64,000 bases of DNA from Nemertoderma westbladi (Eukaryota; Animalia; Xenacoelomorpha), in NCBI GenBank assembly GCA_032718475.1, contig JAUCBJ010004707.1, positions 1 to 64,000 on the forward strand. The letters run 5' to 3'. A model generated the notes under the pieces. It searched no databases. It was not told where the DNA came from and saw only the letters and a program-made list of their open reading frames with translations. Every line of letters starts with the position of its first letter. The first letter of the stretch is position 1. Below are positions 24,996-35,985 of this stretch, piece by piece. The translations under genes and the position numbers were made by a program.

Positions 24996-25226
24996 GTAAA
25001 AGTTGACAACAGCGTTAGCCCTGCAAAGACCACTGATATAACATCGACTCCGCACTTTAAAATGTCCACCGTGAGTGGGAATAGGGTTGCTGTCAACGAT
25101 AATCCTCCTGGATTCGAGTTAGACTACGAGATTGCGGATCAGAGAGTGTACGAGGTTACCGTGGAAGTTCGCGATAACAATGGAGTCGCGCCCTACTTCA
25201 GTACAGAGGTGCATGTTACTATAGAG
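24996..25226 (+). CDS. cadherin gene exon 15
   Basis: ttttag|VKVDNSVSP...ELDYEIADQRVYEVTVEVRDNNGVAPYFSTEVHVTIE|gtgagg; phase 0-0. Confidence 0.88.
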
Positions 25227-25367
25227 GTGAGGTGAAGATTGATAATTAACTATAAAGTCTCATCCCTTTCTTATTTTTACGATTTTAAGCAATTTATTTT
25301 TTATCTTATTAAGACTAAATTATTTTTAGACGTTTTCGAATTACATGTATGTGATTAATATTAACAG

Positions 25368-25606
25368 GTTCTTCCAAAGAACGAATATACCCCAACGTGG
25401 ACGTTGTCCCCAGAACCTTACGAATTCCATGTTCTAGAAAGCGCCCCGGCCGGCTACATTATTCACACGTTTGGGGAATTCGAGATCTACGACAAAGATT
25501 CCGGGGTACAAGGCGATGTCTCTTTCGAGTTTAACGCGAACCCCGTTAATATCGTGGCGATAGACGACACGGGCCGTAATCTCATACTCACTCAATCTAT
25601 AGACAG
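25368..25606 (+). CDS. cadherin gene exon 16
   Basis: taacag|VLPKNEYTPTW...VLESAPAG...IYDKDSGVQG...LTQSID|gtgggt; phase 0-2. Confidence 0.92.
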
Positions 25607-25893
25607 GTGGGTCGGAATTAGTAGATCTGTTGTACTGCAAACAGGCAGGTGGACTTAAAAATGAAATGAAATAAATTAAAATAAAATAACATAAAAGTGT
25701 AATAAAATTTATTGTGTGGTTAACTTGAGAGCAATATTAATATTATATATTATATTAGCCAATCAACTGCGCTTGGCGACTATTATGACTGACGTCAAAT
25801 GAGCAAGTTCCTGAAAAATTTATCTCTAGGGTTTTTTCACATGCTCTTGCACATGAAAACAATAATGAAGACTCGATAAATTTTCCTGAGTCG

Positions 25894-28759
25894 CCAAACC
25901 CCATTGTATTTGTGTTCCCAAACCCCATTGTATTTGTGTTCCCAAACCCCATTGTATTTGTGTTCCCAAACCCCATTGTATTTGTGTTCCCAAACCCCAT
26001 TGTATTTGTGTTCGCAAACCCCATTGTATTTGTGTTCCCAAACCCCATTGCTTTTGTGTTCCCAAACCCAATTGTATTTGTGTTCCCAAACCCCATTGTA
26101 TTTGTGTTCCCAAACCCCATTGTATTTGTGTTCCCAAACCCCATTGTATTTGTGTTCCCAAACCCCATTGTATTTGTGTTCCCAAACCCCATTGTATTTG
26201 TGTTCGCAAACCCCATTGTATTTGTGTTCCCAAACCCCATTGCTTTTGTGTTCCCAAACCCAATTGTATTTGTGTTCCCAAACCCCATTGTATTTGTGTT
26301 CCCAAACCCCATTGTATTTGTGTTCCCAAACCCCATTGTATTTGTGTTCCCAAACCCCATTGTATTTGTGTTCCCAAACCCCATTGTATTTGTGTTCCCA
26401 AACCCCATTGTATTTGTGAACCCAAACCCCATTACATTTGTGTTCCCAAACCCCATTGTATTTGTGTTCCCAAACCCCATTGTATTTGTGTTCCCAAACC
26501 CCATTGTATTTGTGTTCCCAAACCCCATTGTATTTGTGTACCCAAACCCCATTACATTTGTGTTCCCAAACCCCATTGTATTTGTGTTCCCAAACCCCAT
26601 TGTATTTGTGTTCCCAAACCCCATTGTATTTGTGTTCCCAAACCCCATTGTATTTGTGTTTCCAAACCACATTGCTTTTGTGTTCCCAAACCCCATTGCA
26701 TTTGTGTTCCCAAACCCCATTGTATTTGTGTTCCCAAACCCCATTGTATTTGTGTTCCCAAACCCCATTGTATTTGTGTTCCCAAACCCCATTGTATTTG
26801 TGTTACCAAACCCCATTGTATTTGTGTTCCCAAACCCAATTGTATTTGTGTTCCCAAACCCCATTGTATTTGTGTTCCCATACCCCATTGTATTTGTGTT
26901 CCCAAACCCCATTGTATTTGTGTTCCCAAACACCATTGTATTTGTGTTCCCAAACCCCATTGTATTTGTGTTCCCAAACCCCATTGTATTTGTGTTCCCA
27001 AACCCCATTGTATTTGTGTTCCCAAACCCCATTGTATTTGTGTTCCCAAACCCCATTGTATTTGTGTTCCCAAACCCCATTGTATTTGTGTTCCCAAACC
27101 CCATTGTATTTGTGTTCCCAAACCCCATTGTATTTGTGTTCCCAAACCCCATTGTATTTGTGTTCCCAATCCCCATTGCATTTGTGTTCCCAAACCCCAT
27201 TGTATTTGTGTTCCCAAACCCCATTGTATTTGTGTTCCCAAACCCCATTGTATTTGTGTTCCCAAACCCCATTGTATTTGTGTTCCCAAACCCCATTGTA
27301 TTTGTGTTCCCAAACCCCATTGTATTTGTGTTCCCAAACCCCATTGTATTTGTGTTCCCAAACCCCATTGTATTTGTGTTCCCAAACCCCATTGTGTTTG
27401 TGTTCCCAAACCCCATTGTATTTGTGTTCCCAATCCCCATTGCATTTGTGTTCCCAAACCCCATTGTATTTTTGTTCCCAAACCCCATTGTATTTGTGTT
27501 CCCAAACCCCATTGTATTTGTGTTCCCAAACCCCATTGTATTTTTGTTCCCAAACCCCATTGTATTTGTGTTCCCCCCTTGATTTGTGTTCCCAAACCCC
27601 ATTGTATTTGTGTTCCCAAACCCCTTGTATTTGTGTTCCCCCCTTGTATTTGTGTTCCCAAACCCCATTGTATTTGTGTTCCCAAACCCCATTGTATTTG
27701 TGTTCCCAAACCCCATTGTATTTGTGTTCCCAAACCCCATTGTATTTGTGTTCCCAAACCCCATTGTATTTGTGTTCCCAAACCCCATTGTATTTGTGTT
27801 CCCAAACCCCATTGTATTTGTGTTCCCAAACCCCATTGTATTTGTGTTCCCAAACCCCATTGTATTTGTGTTCCCAAACCCCATTGTATTTGTGTTCCCA
27901 AACCCCATTGTATTTGTGTTCCCAAACCCCATTGTATTTGTGTTCCCAAACCCCATTGTATTTGTGTTCCCAAACCCATTGTATTTGTGTTCCCAAACCC
28001 ATTGTATTTGTGTTCCCAAACCCCATTGTATTTGTGTTCCCAAACCCCATTGCATTTGTGTTCCCAAACCCCATTGTATTTGTGTTCCCAAACCCCATTG
28101 TATTTGTGTTGCCAAACCCCATTGTATTTGTGTTCCCAAACCCCATTGTATTTGTGTTCCCAAACCCCATTGTATTTGTGTTCCCATACCCCATTGTATT
28201 TGTGTTCCCAAACCCCATTGTATTTGTGTACCCAAACCCCATTGTATTTGTGTACCCAAACCCCATTGTATTTGTGTTCCCAAACCCCATTGTATTTGTG
28301 TTCCCACACCCCATTGTATTTGTGTTCCCAAACCCCATTGTATTTGTGTACCCAAACCCCATTGTATTTGTGTTCCCAAACCCCATTGTATTTGTGTTCC
28401 CAAACCCCATTGTATTTGTGTTCCCAAACCCCATTACATTTGTGTACCCAAACCCCATTGTATTTGTGTACCCAAACCCCATTGTATTTGTGTTCCCAAA
28501 CCCCATTGTATTTGTGTACCCAAACCCCATTGTATTTGTGTTCCCAAACCCCATTGTATTTGTGTTCCCAAACCCCATTGTATTTGTGTTCCCAAACCCC
28601 ATTGTATTTGTGTTCCCAAACCCCATTGTATTTGTGTACCCAAACCCCATTGTATTTGTGTTCCCAAACCCCATTGTATTTGTGTTCCCAAACCCCATTG
28701 TATTTGTGTTCCCACACCCCATTGTATTTGTGTTCCCAAACCCCATTGTATTTGGGTTC
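25894..28759. repeat. 24-bp minisatellite (CCAAACCCCATTGTATTTGTGTTC)n, ~119 copies
   Basis: Tandem array read directly, in the intron between exons 16 and 17. Ends ~23 nt before the exon 17 acceptor. Confidence 0.98.
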
Positions 28760-28782
28760 TCTCGATTTGTTATCTTTTCCAG

Positions 28783-28930
28783 GGAATCCATCGCTAAGTA
28801 CACCGGAATTATTATCAATGCTAAGGACGGTGGCGATCCAGGCGCTGGTGATCAGTTAACCGCTACACTACAGATGTCATTGGTTATTGATGACGTCATT
28901 GACACGCCGCCAGTATGTAATTCGCCCCAG
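28783..28930 (+). CDS. cadherin gene exon 17
   Basis: ttttccag|(R)ESIAKYTGIIINAKDGGDP...LVIDDVIDTPPVCNSPQ|gtaagg; phase 2-0. Completes the DRE motif with exon 16. Confidence 0.93.
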
Positions 28931-29014
28931 GTAAGGCTTCGTGGTCTATCCATCTATATTATTTAGTAGGGACGTTAAGCACCGGATTGTGGAGGAATTC
29001 TGCATTTTGTGATA

Positions 29015-29353
29015 CTAACTGCTACTACTAGGTCGAGCGAACTCGGGCAGTGGAAATGAGATCCTTCCAGGCTTCCCGATTCTCCATAGTTGTCGCAATT
29101 TCGTTTCTCCCAAGTTCAGTATCCCTTTCAAGTTGATCTATATATGTTATGGCAGGTCGTCCACGACTACGCTTTCCATGAGTTGGTTGCCAGAGAAGTA
29201 GATCTGGTATGACCTCGTCTTTACTTCGCCAGCAGTGCCCACTGAATCTTAATCTGCGTTCACGGAGGGTGGTTGATACAGGTGGTATTGTACCACAAAG
29301 CTCGCCGTTTGTCATGTGATGTCTCCAGCTGATCTTTAGGGCTGCCCTTACAT
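29015..29353 (-). mobile_element. 5'-truncated RTE-like LINE with (TAG)n-like tail and 14-bp target-site duplication
   Basis: Minus ORF RERRLRFSGHCWRSKDE...LLWQPTHGKRSRGRP (typical RTE C-terminus). TGCATTTTGTGATA occurs at 29001-29014 and 29354-29367. Confidence 0.88.
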
Positions 29354-29862
29354 TGCATTTTGTGATAAAAGCACCAAATCAACCCAAGATAGTCCATATA
29401 TGGGCGAATGTCTTAGCATAGAGAACCATCTCTGAGTATCATTGGTACCATGTTACCATGCCAACAAAATCTACATAAAGGCTATATAAAGTCTATTCCT
29501 TTACTGACGTAGCTTACTTGATGTGTTGTAGATTTTAAATTTGGCGGAATATTTTTTAGAATCTAATTGTTAATTTGGAGTATATTAAATACGACTATTT
29601 CAAATGTATTGTACATATTATTTTAAGTTTAGCCGATAATAATCTGAAATTTAATGTGTTAAATTTAAAAAGTGTTTATTTTATTTCCGCATTAAGGAAC
29701 GCTGTTGTAACAGTACCCGGTAGAGGGGAGGCTAAAGGGGACGTGTTTAATCTAAATCTCACTATCAGTAAAGCGTATAAGTACAATTAAGTATAAGTAT
29801 AATTACGTACATTAAAAACCAGAAGGGGGGGGGGGGGGGGGTGCACAATAAACAAGTATTAG

Positions 29863-29986
29863 ACTGTAACCTGTGTTCCATTGACTTTCGTTTATTGTTT
29901 TGGTTAGAATGCCATCCCCTGTAACCTGTGCTCTATTGACTTTCGTTTATTGTTTTGGTTAGAATATCACTCCCTGTAATCTGTGC
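29863..29986. repeat. ~56-bp tandem duplication (2+ copies) next to a G-run (29825-29841)
   Basis: ctgtaacctgtg...attgactttcgtttattgttttggttagaat occurs twice, followed by a partial third copy. Confidence 0.8.
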
Positions 29987-30121
29987 CTTTCCTTTAGTTA
30001 ATAATTAACAATATCAATTCACAGACATCATGTGATTTACGACCAATTCCCCCTTGCCCGCTGTCTCTATATTAAACATATTTTTTTTTTCCTTTTAATG
30101 AATAGTTATTATTTTTTCCAG

Positions 30122-30303
30122 TACGAAGTTGAACTCCCAGAAGACACTGTCGATGGTACACTGGTCATTGACCTCTCTCCCAACGTATGCAGCGACGCCG
30201 ATTCAACAGACTCGATAACATTCTCCGTCGTCTCAGTTTCCACCGGGTTGCCTCTATTCGAGTTCCAGAATAACGGAATTAACAACGGCCGACTTATAAC
30301 CTC
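30122..30303 (+). CDS. cadherin gene exon 18
   Basis: tttccag|YEVELPEDTVDGTLVIDL...VCSDADSTDSITFS...GRLIT|gtgagt; phase 0-2. Confidence 0.92.
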
Positions 30304-30430
30304 GTGAGTTTATAGAAATTATTTATTATCCACATTTACAAATATTTATAGTTATATATATTTATAGTTATAATTTATTGTTTTTTTAACCTAAAATGTT
30401 GTGTACAATTGTTGTTATTTCCCCTTATAG

Positions 30431-30692
30431 ACATGCCGCCAAACTGTTTTTGGACTATGACTCAACTTACCCAACAACCCATGACCTCACCATAAAGATA
30501 GAAGATACGGACGGGTTTAGTACCACTGCGAGAGTTATCGTTTACGTAACCCCTAGCAACGAGTTTCCACCTAAGTTTAAGTACGTTCCTTCGGACGGAG
30601 TGTACCGTAGCCACCCGAACCCACTGCCGGAGGACTTCATCCCAGGAGGGGCAACTCCAATTGGGCAGGTCTATGCAGAAGATGATGATAAG
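30431..30692 (+). CDS. cadherin gene exon 19
   Basis: ttatag|HAAKLFLDYDS...KIEDTDG...VTPSNEFPPKF...LPED...VYAEDDDK|gtatat; phase 2-0. Confidence 0.9.
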
Positions 30693-31049
30693 GTATATAG
30701 GATGTAGGATTATGTATAGGATTATTTATTTTATTACAATAAATACATTTATATTATAAATAATAGTTACTACTGTTGTTATCTTATTTTATAGTTTTTA
30801 TAAAATATGTGTGTGGTCCTATATAATTTGGCCTACTGACAAATGTTACAACTGTATATTCTGTATGTAAAATGTAGAAATATTATATTTGTAATTTGTC
30901 ATTTTGTAGAGATATGGTTAACTGAACTACAGTAGGCCCGCCGATAAGGTATAAATATACCCATTACTATTATGTAAAAAGGCGTAAAAAATAGTAACAA
31001 TATTAATATTTCGCGATACAACATATTTCATTTTCATTCAATTTGGTCG

Positions 31050-31122
31050 ACCAATAAATAGTTTTTCTCGAACAATAAATAGTTTTTCTCGACCAATAAA
31101 TAGTTTTTCTCGACCAATAAAT
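31050..31122. repeat. 21-bp tandem repeat (GACCAATAAATAGTTTTTCTC) x~3.5
   Basis: Read directly. Confidence 0.8.
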
Positions 31123-31813
31123 ATCGGAAAGTACAGAAAAAAAAAGTAATAATCACCACCGTAAAATGCAGTTGTTGTTTTAGAGGTCGGCCCCTAAACG
31201 GTAATTATACGAATAATAATGTCACAAAAGTAAATAATAAATAATATCACTAAACATGTGGAGGGAAATTTAAACTTTATAGAGTTAGGTTCCTTCTGAC
31301 TTGGACTGAACTCGTACCATTGCCTCTTCTGCGCTGTACTGCAGTACACTGCGAACAAGCAAACAATCAATCGCAAACTGTGCGGAAAGTTACTAGGACC
31401 AGTAGTTGCGAATAGGCTTTCGAAACATCCGTTATCAACACTGGAGTAACTTTATCGACCATTCTGCGTTCTGCCATTAGTACGGTTTACTTACGGTATG
31501 AGTGTAGTATATGGATGGTGTTCTCCAGTAGCAGAACCTCCGCGGTCGGTGATCGCGAATAACGTCGATTCAAGGAGTCCGTTGCGCTAAGGTACCGGTA
31601 CCAAGCTACCAATGTCACCCCCAACTGTGGAGTTCAACCTTCTTCCCATCGCACCGACACCCAGGTGGTTTCGGGATGGAAGCCATGTAACTCTCCCAAC
31701 AGGTCCCAGGACTATGAACGTCTCACAGATCGCACGCGGCGCTCGGCAGATTCCTGATTACCGGAGTAAATTTTTTAAAAAGAAGCTTTCGTTGAACGCT
31801 GCTTTACTAAGTC

Positions 31814-32162
31814 GGCAATGACGTCCAGTGGGGATCGAACTGGTGACCTCCGGGTTGGAAGTTTCGCACTGTTGTGTCCCTAGGCAAGACACTTTAGACA
31901 TTAGTGCCTACGTCAACCCAGCGGTATAATGGGGACCTGGCTTTGCTGGGGTAATGATAATAAAAGCGCTTTGAGTATGCTGAGCGTAGAAAAGCGCTAT
32001 ATAAATAAACCAATATTATTATTATTATTATTATTGAAGTTTGACTCTATATAACCGTTCAGCTAGCGGCTCAGGTAAAATATAGACCAGGAAATACTAT
32101 CTGATACCTTGTATGTCCGCTATTTACCTCATCATGGCCTCCCATCTGTTAGTTAATACCAT
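31814..32162 (-). mobile_element. tRNA-like/SINE-containing interspersed repeat, copy 1 (interrupted by a second SINE)
   Basis: Aligns by eye with 35986-36152 once the 31865-32035 insert is removed. Minus-strand B-box GTTCGATCC. Confidence 0.7.
31865..32035 (+). mobile_element. 5'-truncated SINE with L2-type 3' tail and (TTA)n, flanked by a 7-bp TSD
   Basis: TGTTGTGTCCCTAGGCAAGACACTT core and AAAGCGCTTTGAG...AAAGCGCTATATAAAT tail with (ATT)n end. GAAGTTT occurs at 31858-31864 and 32036-32042. Confidence 0.78.
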
Positions 32163-32428
32163 AATCCGCCGCCACTGTGCTCAACCCTACAGTGTGTGGC
32201 CGTCTCTTTAGTGGATTATATTGCACTGGAAAATAATGGTAATTGAGGGGCAATATCAGGTTTAGAATATGTGGATTTTTTCTAACCAATACAAGCGTTT
32301 GTTTGTAGAAATTTACGTATAGGCCTACATACCTAAACAATCACATTTGTTATTAAACTTGCTGGTCTAATAAATATATGTAAACAGTAAAACTATTTAT
32401 TACTTTATGCTAATTATTATTCATTTAG

Positions 32429-32620
32429 GGCCGGGACGGAGATATACGTTTTTCTATCACTGACATCAAAGTGGCCAACACCTGGAATGTAAACAACTTA
32501 GTAGCCAGTACGGAAACTAAGTTCACCATAGACCCGGTCAGTGGCGCGGTCTATCTGTCCGGCATACTAAATCGAGAATACGCCGTCAGATACGTAATGG
32601 AAATAACGGCTACTGACCAG
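32429..32620 (+). CDS. cadherin gene exon 20
   Basis: atttag|GRDGDIRFSI...KFTIDPVSGAVYLSGILNREYAVRYVMEITATDQ|gttggt; phase 0-0. Confidence 0.92.
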
Positions 32621-32729
32621 GTTGGTAGAATAAAGTTACTACAGCGAACAAGGTTGTCGGTGGGGGTTGAACCAGGGTTGGGCGGTACTCGCGTGCTAAT
32701 GTGATCGATTACGGTCGTCTGCTTTTCAG

Positions 32730-32877
32730 GCTGTTTCTCCCAATCAACGGACGGCTGTAGAGACTATGGAGATCGCCCTGGGTGATGTTAATGACGTTTA
32801 CCCCAAGTGCACCCCGCAGATATTCAACCAAGACATCGATATTAAGGCGTTAGAGGATGACTTTGCCAACTTTAACG
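32730..32877 (+). CDS. cadherin gene exon 21
   Basis: tttcag|AVSPNQRTAVETMEIALGDVNDVYPKCTPQIF...LEDDFANFN+G|gtttgt; phase 0-1 (donor inferred from the phase of downstream exons). Confidence 0.85.
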
Positions 32878-33011
32878 GTTTGTACGAAATTGGGAGGCAA
32901 ATCTATCTTCGAATAATTACCAATTACAATAATATAATAAATTTATTCACTAATTTCAATTCAGTTACTTTACATTATTATTACATAACATTCAATGACA
33001 TTCTGTTATTA

Positions 33012-33285
33012 TACATTACATCACGTGCCATTACATTATATCACGTGCCATTACATTATATCACGTGTCATTACATTATATCACGTGCCATTACATCACC
33101 TCACATGCCATTAAATTACCTCACGTGCCATTACATTACATCACGTGCCATTACATCACCTCACATGCCATTAAATTACCTCACGTGCCATTACATTACC
33201 TCACGTGCCATTACATCACCTCACGTGCCATTACATCACCTCACTTGCCATTACATTACTTCACGTGTCATTACATTACGTTACA
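33012..33285. repeat. 20-bp degenerate minisatellite (TCACGTGCCATTACATYAYM), ~13 copies
   Basis: Period-20 repeat read directly in the intron after exon 21. Confidence 0.9.
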
Positions 33286-33595
33286 TTCCATTCCATCCCC
33301 ATAACATTTTGCCATAGATCATATCATTTTATTTCATTTCCCTGTGGCTATAACCGGCAAATATTACAATAAATCTGTAAAGTATAACTTAACATGAGGT
33401 AAAGTTCAATGTAACGCTGTACTGCGTGTGCAGAGCAGAGAGCATTGCTGTAAATATAGACAGTAAGTAATTAAGTACTTATTAATTAAATAATGAATTA
33501 TTTTAGTAGAAATTCTTACATACCAAACATATCAATATCGTGGTAATAAATAATAATTGTTCTCATTGAAATATATAGGAGTTTTTATTTTGCAG

Positions 33596-34021
33596 CGGCA
33601 AATGGCGGTATTCTAGCGGCAAGTCAGGTACTTGTAAGTATGGGGATTTCACCGAATAATGCAATAGATGGAAACCTACTAGCCTGTGCGTCTATCAGTA
33701 AAGGCCGTTGGTACAGACACAGACTAGCCCCGAATGGCCAGTGCAAAAGTGTCCATAAAGTCCGCCTTCACAATACACTAACCGCTCTAAAAAATAAAAT
33801 AATTGGTTTACAAGTCTATCTAACTGACGTTAAACCGGCCATTGGTAACCCCACCACGTTAGTGAAATCTTTAGCCAAGGAGTTCTGTGGCTCTGTGTCT
33901 ACCAGCGCCCCCATAACCGAGGTATACTGCCATCACACCTGCGCCACATGGGTACTATTGATATCTCCCAACGCTCAGGCCGTGGTATGTGAGGTGCAAG
34001 TTATCAGGACCGTCGCTAGAG
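33596..34021 (+). CDS. exon 22: divergent F-type lectin (fucolectin/FTP, F5/8C-fold)-like domain, 142 codons, phase 1-1
   Basis: ttttgcag|(A)ANGGILAASQ...NNAIDGNLLAC...W...V.KVRLHN...IIGLQVYL...FCG...VYC...WVLL...VVCEVQV...R+G|gtttgt. The AIDGN, C, W, VxxVxLxN and CEVQV pattern matches F-type lectin domains. Confidence 0.72.
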
Positions 34022-35087
34022 GTTTGTAACGGATAGAGTATATCTTAATAACTATAGTAATTACTGTAACGTTGGTAGTATTATTCGTTTATTGAGCTTC
34101 TGGTTTGAAAATATCTGAACAAATACAGTATAATAATATTAAATTATCTTTTTTACTGCAGTCAGTATGAGATTGAGTTGCTCAAATATTTACCAAAATT
34201 TAATAATCTTTCAAATTTAAAATCCACTGCGAGCTGGTTTAACCTGTCGTTGTCAGCAACTAAAAAACCAAATGCGATTGATTAAATATTTGTAATAATA
34301 TAAAATAGTTTTTTTTATTTTTGCAACTGGCATTGGTGAAATTATTTGTTTTTTAAGGCCAAGAGTTGTAATAATAGAAATCGTATTTGGTGCTCAAGAT
34401 GTTATTGCTATAATAATATTAGTCGTCCAGGAATAACTTTAAGTTATTGACTTATGTTAACATAAAACTTTAACTTAAAAAACGTTAACTAAAATGTTTT
34501 AATAAATTGTGAGACGGGGAATTATAGCTTTATTTTGGCTCTCGTTCGCATCGACTCCATTCATTTCGACTTCAATCATCTCGACTGTGTCAATCATGTT
34601 TTCCATTTTTCGTCTTCATCCGGCTGGTTATTTTTTAATTTCAAAAATTGTAAACTTTTTCGTTTTCCATATAGGAATAATAATTAGTCAAATCACAAAA
34701 AATTTAAATATTCAAGTAATTAAAACTAATCTAATCCAATTATATATATATTTATTTATACCATTTTGTCTGTGTTTTTTCTCTCCAGTAATATAATTCA
34801 TAGACTTTATAGCTATTTACTATTGATGAGTTAGGCCTACTTCTCGTAAACGGATTACTAATAATTTTGGTAAACTGATAAATTTTATTATTTCTTCTTT
34901 TATAAAAATTTAACAACTTTTATTTTATTTTATCACATTTTATCAAAAATATAATCTTTATTTAACAACAAAAGTTTAATAAAGTAAAGGTTTCGTTATG
35001 TTAGAATTTTATAATAAAAACATTATATACTTAAAGTGTTTCAAATGGTTTTCATACAGGAACTTTATTTTCATTATTTATATATAG

Positions 35088-35245
35088 TTATTGATTTGGA
35101 TCCGAGTTGTAAAGATCTCGATATGGGACTTCCCAACTATCTGAGGACTTTTTCTATAATATCTGGGAACACAAACAACGCCTTCGCGATTACAGACGAC
35201 GGAAACCTTTTCGTCAACGATTTGACACAGTTTCATAAGGATACG
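35088..35245 (+). CDS. cadherin gene exon 23
   Basis: tatatag|(V)IDLDPSCKDLDMGLPNYLRTFSIISGNTNNAFAITDDGNLFV...HKDT|gtaata; phase 1-0. Confidence 0.85.
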
Positions 35246-35734
35246 GTAATAATTGTAACAATAATGACTGTGAAGTATAATCTATCATTAAAAGTTACAT
35301 ACAACTCATGCAAAAAGTAAGGTGATCATTACTTAGGCGCGTGTTCCACTGGTAAGTCAAGTCGATTTCAGATTTAGTCTGAGTGCGCGTGTTCAAATTA
35401 TAATCCCACTGCTCCACTGGTATGGTAATATCATAAATCATTTGTTTCAAAATATAAGATGAGTCTTACATTTCAATTTTGAGCCAAAAGTAAACCAATT
35501 GCAGGCCTCCAGCCTGCTATAAGTCGTATGTCAAAAGTTGGATTATGGGATATAATCACTTTCTACCCGATGAGTTAAACATATGACTTTATATAGTATA
35601 CCAGTGGCCTAAATGTCTACTTTCAGTAACCAGCAAGTATTATGACATTACAGCTACAACTGAAGCCAGGTTTATGTATTTTTTACTTTAGACTTAACAC
35701 GTTAACATTATATCATAATTTTTCCCGCTTGCAG

Positions 35735-35852
35735 ACTCCGTATTACTCACTGGTTATTCGCGTGTCTGACCGTGGAATCCCATCTCTTCATACCGATATC
35801 GTTGTAACTGGGAATATCGTAGACACTTACAACGTGGCACCAACCTTCATCA
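35735..35852 (+). CDS. cadherin gene exon 24
   Basis: ttgcag|TPYYSLVIRVSDRGIPSLHTDIVVTGNIVDTYNVAPTFI|gtaagt; phase 0-1. Confidence 0.92.
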
Positions 35853-35985
35853 GTAAGTATACTCATCTTCTGTGATATACACTGTAAGGAAGTGCGGCCC
35901 TCGAAAGTATGTAATTTTGCTATGCATTGATGGCTAGGACTTTGTTGTCATTGCATCGAAAATCAGCTTTTATAACTTTCTGTTG

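Noticed and set aside
25755-28966. 400-890 aa ORFs such as (GFGNTNTM)n, resembling FG-nucleoporin or ice-nucleation repeats
   Set aside because: All six frames are open because the 24-bp unit lacks stops. ORFs switch repeat frame at indels. Exons 16 and 17 join directly to give the DRE motif.
33640-34029. Stand-alone nested 129-aa gene starting at ATG 33640
   Set aside because: The frame is open upstream to a good acceptor at 33595 and has a phase-matched donor just before the stop. No signal peptide. Better explained as an exon of the cadherin gene.
34509-34796. 95-aa hydrophobic ORF, and similar AT-rich ORFs at 7314, 22880 and 29575
   Set aside because: Low-complexity F/I/L/K composition typical of AT-rich intron. 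No motifs and no need in the exon chain.
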